Below are positions 29,455 through 32,000 of a DNA stretch of 32,000 nt, in pieces. Numbering within the stretch: position 1 is the stretch's first letter; every line of letters begins with the position of its first letter. This stretch comes from Candidatus Calditenuis sp. (GTDB lineage: Archaea > Thermoproteota > Nitrososphaeria_A > Caldarchaeales > Calditenuaceae). Where the stretch lies: the NCBI GenBank assembly GCA_032249575.1, contig JAVVHL010000002.1, positions 7,318-39,317 of the forward strand, written 5' to 3'. The notes beneath the pieces are model-generated. The model was not told the origin of the DNA. It saw nothing but the letters and a program-made list of their open reading frames with translations, and did no database searches. A program made the position numbers and the translations under genes.

Positions 29455-29489
29455 GAAGCCTCCTCCCGCAAGGGCTTCAAGGAGGGAGG
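29455..29489 (+). promoter_or_regulatory. Leader with two mutually exclusive hairpins, one pairing an anti-SD (CCUCCUCCC) with the SD (GGAGGGAGG) of the GTPase gene
   Basis: GAAGCC at 29455-29460 is the exact reverse complement of GGCTTC at 29473-29478. CCTCCTCCC at 29459-29467 can pair with GGAGGGAGG at 29481-29489 as 7 Watson-Crick pairs, 1 G-U pair and 1 mismatch. The ATG is at 29493. Confidence 0.3.
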
Positions 29490-29492
29490 ACC

Positions 29493-30047
29493 ATGGCCAC
29501 GCAGCGGATGAAAAGCATCAAGGTGGTGATCGTCGGGCCCTTCAACGCCGGCAAGACGACCCTCGTCAAGACCCTTTCCGAGATAAGCATGACCCACGAG
29601 GTGGAGGTGACGTCGCCGGAGGAGAGGGCGAAGAAGGGCACGACCACCGTCGGCATGGACTTCGGGATCGTCAACATAGGTGAGGGCTACGTCGTCAGGC
29701 TCTTCGGGTCACCAGGCCAGCAGAGGTTCTGGTTCATGTGGAGGGTCTTCCAGCCGGGGGCCCACGGCGTGATCTTCATGGTCGACTCGGCTGACAGGGA
29801 ATCCATACCAGAGGCCGCGAGGGAGTTCTCCAGGGCCCTCTCCACTTTCAGGGGACTTCCGACGGTGGTGGCGGCCAACAAGCAGGACATCAGGGGCGCG
29901 ATGTCTCCGGAAGAGCTCAGGTTCGTGCTCGACGTTCCCTCATGGATACCTGTGATACCTTGCGTCGCGACCGACAGGTCGATGGCTTGGAAGGTCCTCG
30001 GCACCCTCCTCGAGGAGATCTTCAGGGTCAGCAAGGTCGAGGCCTGA
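29493..30047 (+). CDS. Small Ras-like GTPase of the COG2229 / MglA-CvnD-like type
   Basis: 184 aa. G1 is 'GPFNAGKTT', the G2 region is 'GTTTVGMDFG', G3 is 'LFGSPGQQRF' with no Asp at the DxxG position, and G4 is 'NKQD'. Confidence 0.8.
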   Translation: MATQRMKSIKVVIVGPFNAGKTTLVKTLSEISMTHEVEVTSPEERAKKGTTTVGMDFGIVNIGEGYVVRLFGSPGQQRFWFMWRVFQPGAHGVIFMVDSADRESIPEAAREFSRALSTFRGLPTVVAANKQDIRGAMSPEELRFVLDVPSWIPVIPCVATDRSMAWKVLGTLLEEIFRVSKVEA

Positions 30048-30062
30048 ACACCCTCTGCATCC

Positions 30063-32000
30063 TCATCCTCCTGCGTTTCCGACGTCGGCTTTGCTCTGCA
30101 GGACCCTCAACTCCACCAGCTCACCGACGCCGTAGGGGACGAGGGACATCAGACGCTCCACGAGCCGTTCATCGGGTTTCGAGCCCGTCACCCTCTCCAC
30201 CTCCCTCACCAGCTCACCGACGAGCTCCCTGGCGTGCCTCCTCCCAGGCCTGATCACCGCATACGCGATCGAGACTGTCCTCACATAGTCCGGGTGGCCG
30301 CAGACCGCCTCGCCCTCGGCCGTTACCCCTATCGCGATCTTCAGCTCAGCTGCCACGTAGTTCTTCGGAGGCTTCACGATGAAGGACCCCTTCTCGAGGT
30401 ACATTCCGGGAGGAGGTGTGAAGGAGATCTGCTCCGGCTTCACGTAGTAGACCGAGACGCTCCCTAGCCCCTCCCTCCAAGCCCTGCTGTAGGCAGCGCA
30501 GAAGGTCGCCGCTTGTATCACGTCCGACTCGTCCGAAGCTCCTCCCTTGAGCAGAACGACGGGTGATCCTCGGACCTCGGCGTGGAAGACCAGGTCTTCG
30601 CGCTCCGTGTGACGCTTCAACAGCCTGACGTTCGAGGAGGCGTCCTTTCCGCCGACGACGAGCCTGCCGGACGTGGTGAAGGTCCACCTGTAGGACTCGT
30701 ACCACTGTTTGGGCTTCGAGGGCCTCACCGATACGGCCTTCGGCGCCTCCAACCTCTCAGCCTCGTGCCTGATCCTCTCGGCATCAGACCTCAACTTCTC
30801 CGCCTCTGCGACCAGGTTCCTCCTGGCCTCTTCCAGCCCCTTCACCCGGTCGAAGAGCGAAGAGATCTGCCTCGTCACCGGCTCTGAGAGGCTCAGCTGG
30901 AACCTCTGCCCACCGACCTCGACCTCGATCGCGTTCCCCCTGACCTCAGCCCTGAGGCCATCCGAGACGAGAGCGCCTGACCTCGTCAGCCTGAGCCTCT
31001 CCAGCTCGCCGGCGTTGACGAAGAGCGCCTCCGCTGCCCTCCTCAATCCCTCGGCCTGTGCTCCGATCGATGCGGCCTGGGCCAGCTTCTCCTCCGCCTC
31101 CCTCTCGAGCCTCCTCGCCCTCTCCTCAACCTCCTTCAGCCTCGCCGATCTGGACTGGAGCGCTGAAGCCATCCTGTGGTACTCCCTGACGGCCTCGTTC
31201 ACCTCTCCGAACTCCTTCACCTCCACCGCCTCGTCCTCCAAATGCGTCAGCCTCACCAGCGATAGCTCGGCCCTGTCCTTCAGGACGTAGATGCGCGGCG
31301 TTCCTGAGCGGGCCTCTTCAAGCAGCGCCTCCATCTCCCTCCTCAACCTCTCCAGCTGATCCGTCCCCAGCTCTCCGAGCCTCAGGTCGCCCTGAAGCCC
31401 AGCCCTGTGGAGGGCCTCGTTCGCGTACTTCGGAGCTATCCCTAGCTCCCTCACCAGCACCGAACCGAGCTTCTTGGACGGCGCGGTCTTCCTCAGACCC
31501 TCGAGAGCGTTCAGGTCAAGCGTCGCGGAGCTGCCCTTGCACGGACCGATCGACGTCTCGCCATGCCTCTGCGCCGGATGTGCCGCCAAGACCGATCCGT
31601 CAGTCGCGTTCAGGAGAACGATCCTGCCTCCTGGGTAGAGCTGGCAGCAGAGCTCTAGCCCTCCCTCGAAACGGATCGAAACGGCCCTCTCCCCTTTCAC
31701 CGCCTCTATCGCGGTCACCGTCTTTCCCCTCAGGTGCTCCCTGAGGGCCCTGCAGAAGCCGTCGGGCTCCGCCCTCTCCTCGAAGGTGCCCTTGACCAAG
31801 ACCACGAGCGACTCGGGGACCAGCTGGAGCTCCCAGCTCTCGCCGCCCTTCCTGAGCCTGAGCGTGTAGGACCCGTCTGGAAGGAGGTAGGCGTTCTGGA
31901 CCCTCGAGCCTCTCACCTGATCGGACAGTTCTGCAGCGAGCCTCTCGACGTCAAAGCTCGATAGCTGGACCCTCACCGTCCCTTTTTGCTCACCGTTCAA
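30063..32000 (-). CDS. NFACT family protein (RqcH/FbpA-like ribosome quality control factor homolog)
   Basis: The N-terminal NFACT-N pattern is 'LSSFDVERLAAELSDQVRGSRVQNAYLL'. A long coiled-coil centre follows, then the NFACT-R/DUF814 motif 'RLVVGGKDASSNVRLLKRHTEREDLVFHAEVRGSPVVLLKGG'. The ORF runs to the window edge. The true start may be GTG at 31976-31974 or lie just outside the window. Confidence 0.85.
   Translation of the reverse strand: MNGEQKGTVRVQLSSFDVERLAAELSDQVRGSRVQNAYLLPDGSYTLRLRKGGESWELQLVPESLVVLVKGTFEERAEPDGFCRALREHLRGKTVTAIEAVKGERAVSIRFEGGLELCCQLYPGGRIVLLNATDGSVLAAHPAQRHGETSIGPCKGSSATLDLNALEGLRKTAPSKKLGSVLVRELGIAPKYANEALHRAGLQGDLRLGELGTDQLERLRREMEALLEEARSGTPRIYVLKDRAELSLVRLTHLEDEAVEVKEFGEVNEAVREYHRMASALQSRSARLKEVEERARRLEREAEEKLAQAASIGAQAEGLRRAAEALFVNAGELERLRLTRSGALVSDGLRAEVRGNAIEVEVGGQRFQLSLSEPVTRQISSLFDRVKGLEEARRNLVAEAEKLRSDAERIRHEAERLEAPKAVSVRPSKPKQWYESYRWTFTTSGRLVVGGKDASSNVRLLKRHTEREDLVFHAEVRGSPVVLLKGGASDESDVIQAATFCAAYSRAWREGLGSVSVYYVKPEQISFTPPPGMYLEKGSFIVKPPKNYVAAELKIAIGVTAEGEAVCGHPDYVRTVSIAYAVIRPGRRHARELVGELVREVERVTGSKPDERLVERLMSLVPYGVGELVELRVLQSKADVGNAGG

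Noticed and set aside
1-32000. A scan for CRISPR arrays, tandem repeats, IS elements, rRNA, additional tRNAs (TTCRAAT T-loop pattern on both strands) and C/D-box sRNAs (RUGAUGA...CUGA) in the intergenic spacers at 2742-2953, 4106-4183, 9002-9194, 15265-15370, 15446-15530, 16598-16706, 17031-17087 and 24897-25012.
   Set aside because: I found nothing convincing by eye. There are only partial C-box-like words, such as GGATGATT on the minus strand near 15290, without a properly placed D box. A computational scan with tRNAscan-SE, Infernal/Rfam and CRISPR finders would be needed to be definitive.

Overview
This is a GC-rich, almost gapless archaeal chromosomal segment; I did not compute the GC content. 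Several features point to an archaeon:
- Codons are AGG/GAG/CTC-biased and GC3-rich.
- Isolated A/T-rich BRE/TATA-like boxes sit about 25-35 nt upstream of start codons, so many starts look leaderless.
- TTG and GTG starts are frequent, as are 1-4 nt stop/start overlaps.
- The tRNA has no encoded CCA.
- The AspRS is the archaeal/eukaryal type, and an ATP-dependent DNA ligase and an NFACT protein are present.

I support 32 protein-coding genes and one tRNA-Glu(CUC). I saw no rRNA, CRISPR array, transposase, integrase or long repeat.

Most of the content is housekeeping or central metabolism:
- a maleate-isomerase-like gene and a HyuA-type hydantoinase
- a nitroreductase and a GGPP synthase
- an ALDH plus glycerate 2-kinase tandem
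- an M50 site-2 protease, aspS, an LsrF/FbaB-type class I aldolase and a DNA ligase
- a PQQ-type sugar dehydrogenase
- a tightly overlapped guaB-purA-purB-ogt-moeA array
- a DoxX/HxlR/ABC-2 transporter cluster, a class III aminotransferase and NFACT

The least explained and most interesting part is a Roadblock/LC7 module at 15.5-17.0 kb. It holds a transmembrane-anchored Roadblock-like protein translationally coupled to a canonical Roadblock protein, with a B-box-like zinc-finger gene just upstream. It lacks the GTPase gene that normally accompanies such proteins. The only MglA/CvnD-like small GTPase in the window lies about 12.9 kb away, behind a leader that could sequester its own Shine-Dalgarno sequence.

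Other points worth follow-up:
- The purA/purB junction has no canonical purB start codon except one 166 nt inside purA. A CTG overlaps the purA stop as CTGA.
- Several orphan genes are co-transcribed or stop/start-coupled to known genes: 241 aa after the S2P protease, 74 aa after aspS, and 101 aa after the PQQ dehydrogenase.
- A 383-aa orphan with a polybasic tail lies behind a palindrome-bearing promoter.
- Five convergent gene pairs leave only 0-15 nt for termination.

All family calls rest on motifs read by eye and remembered family signatures. No database search was possible.
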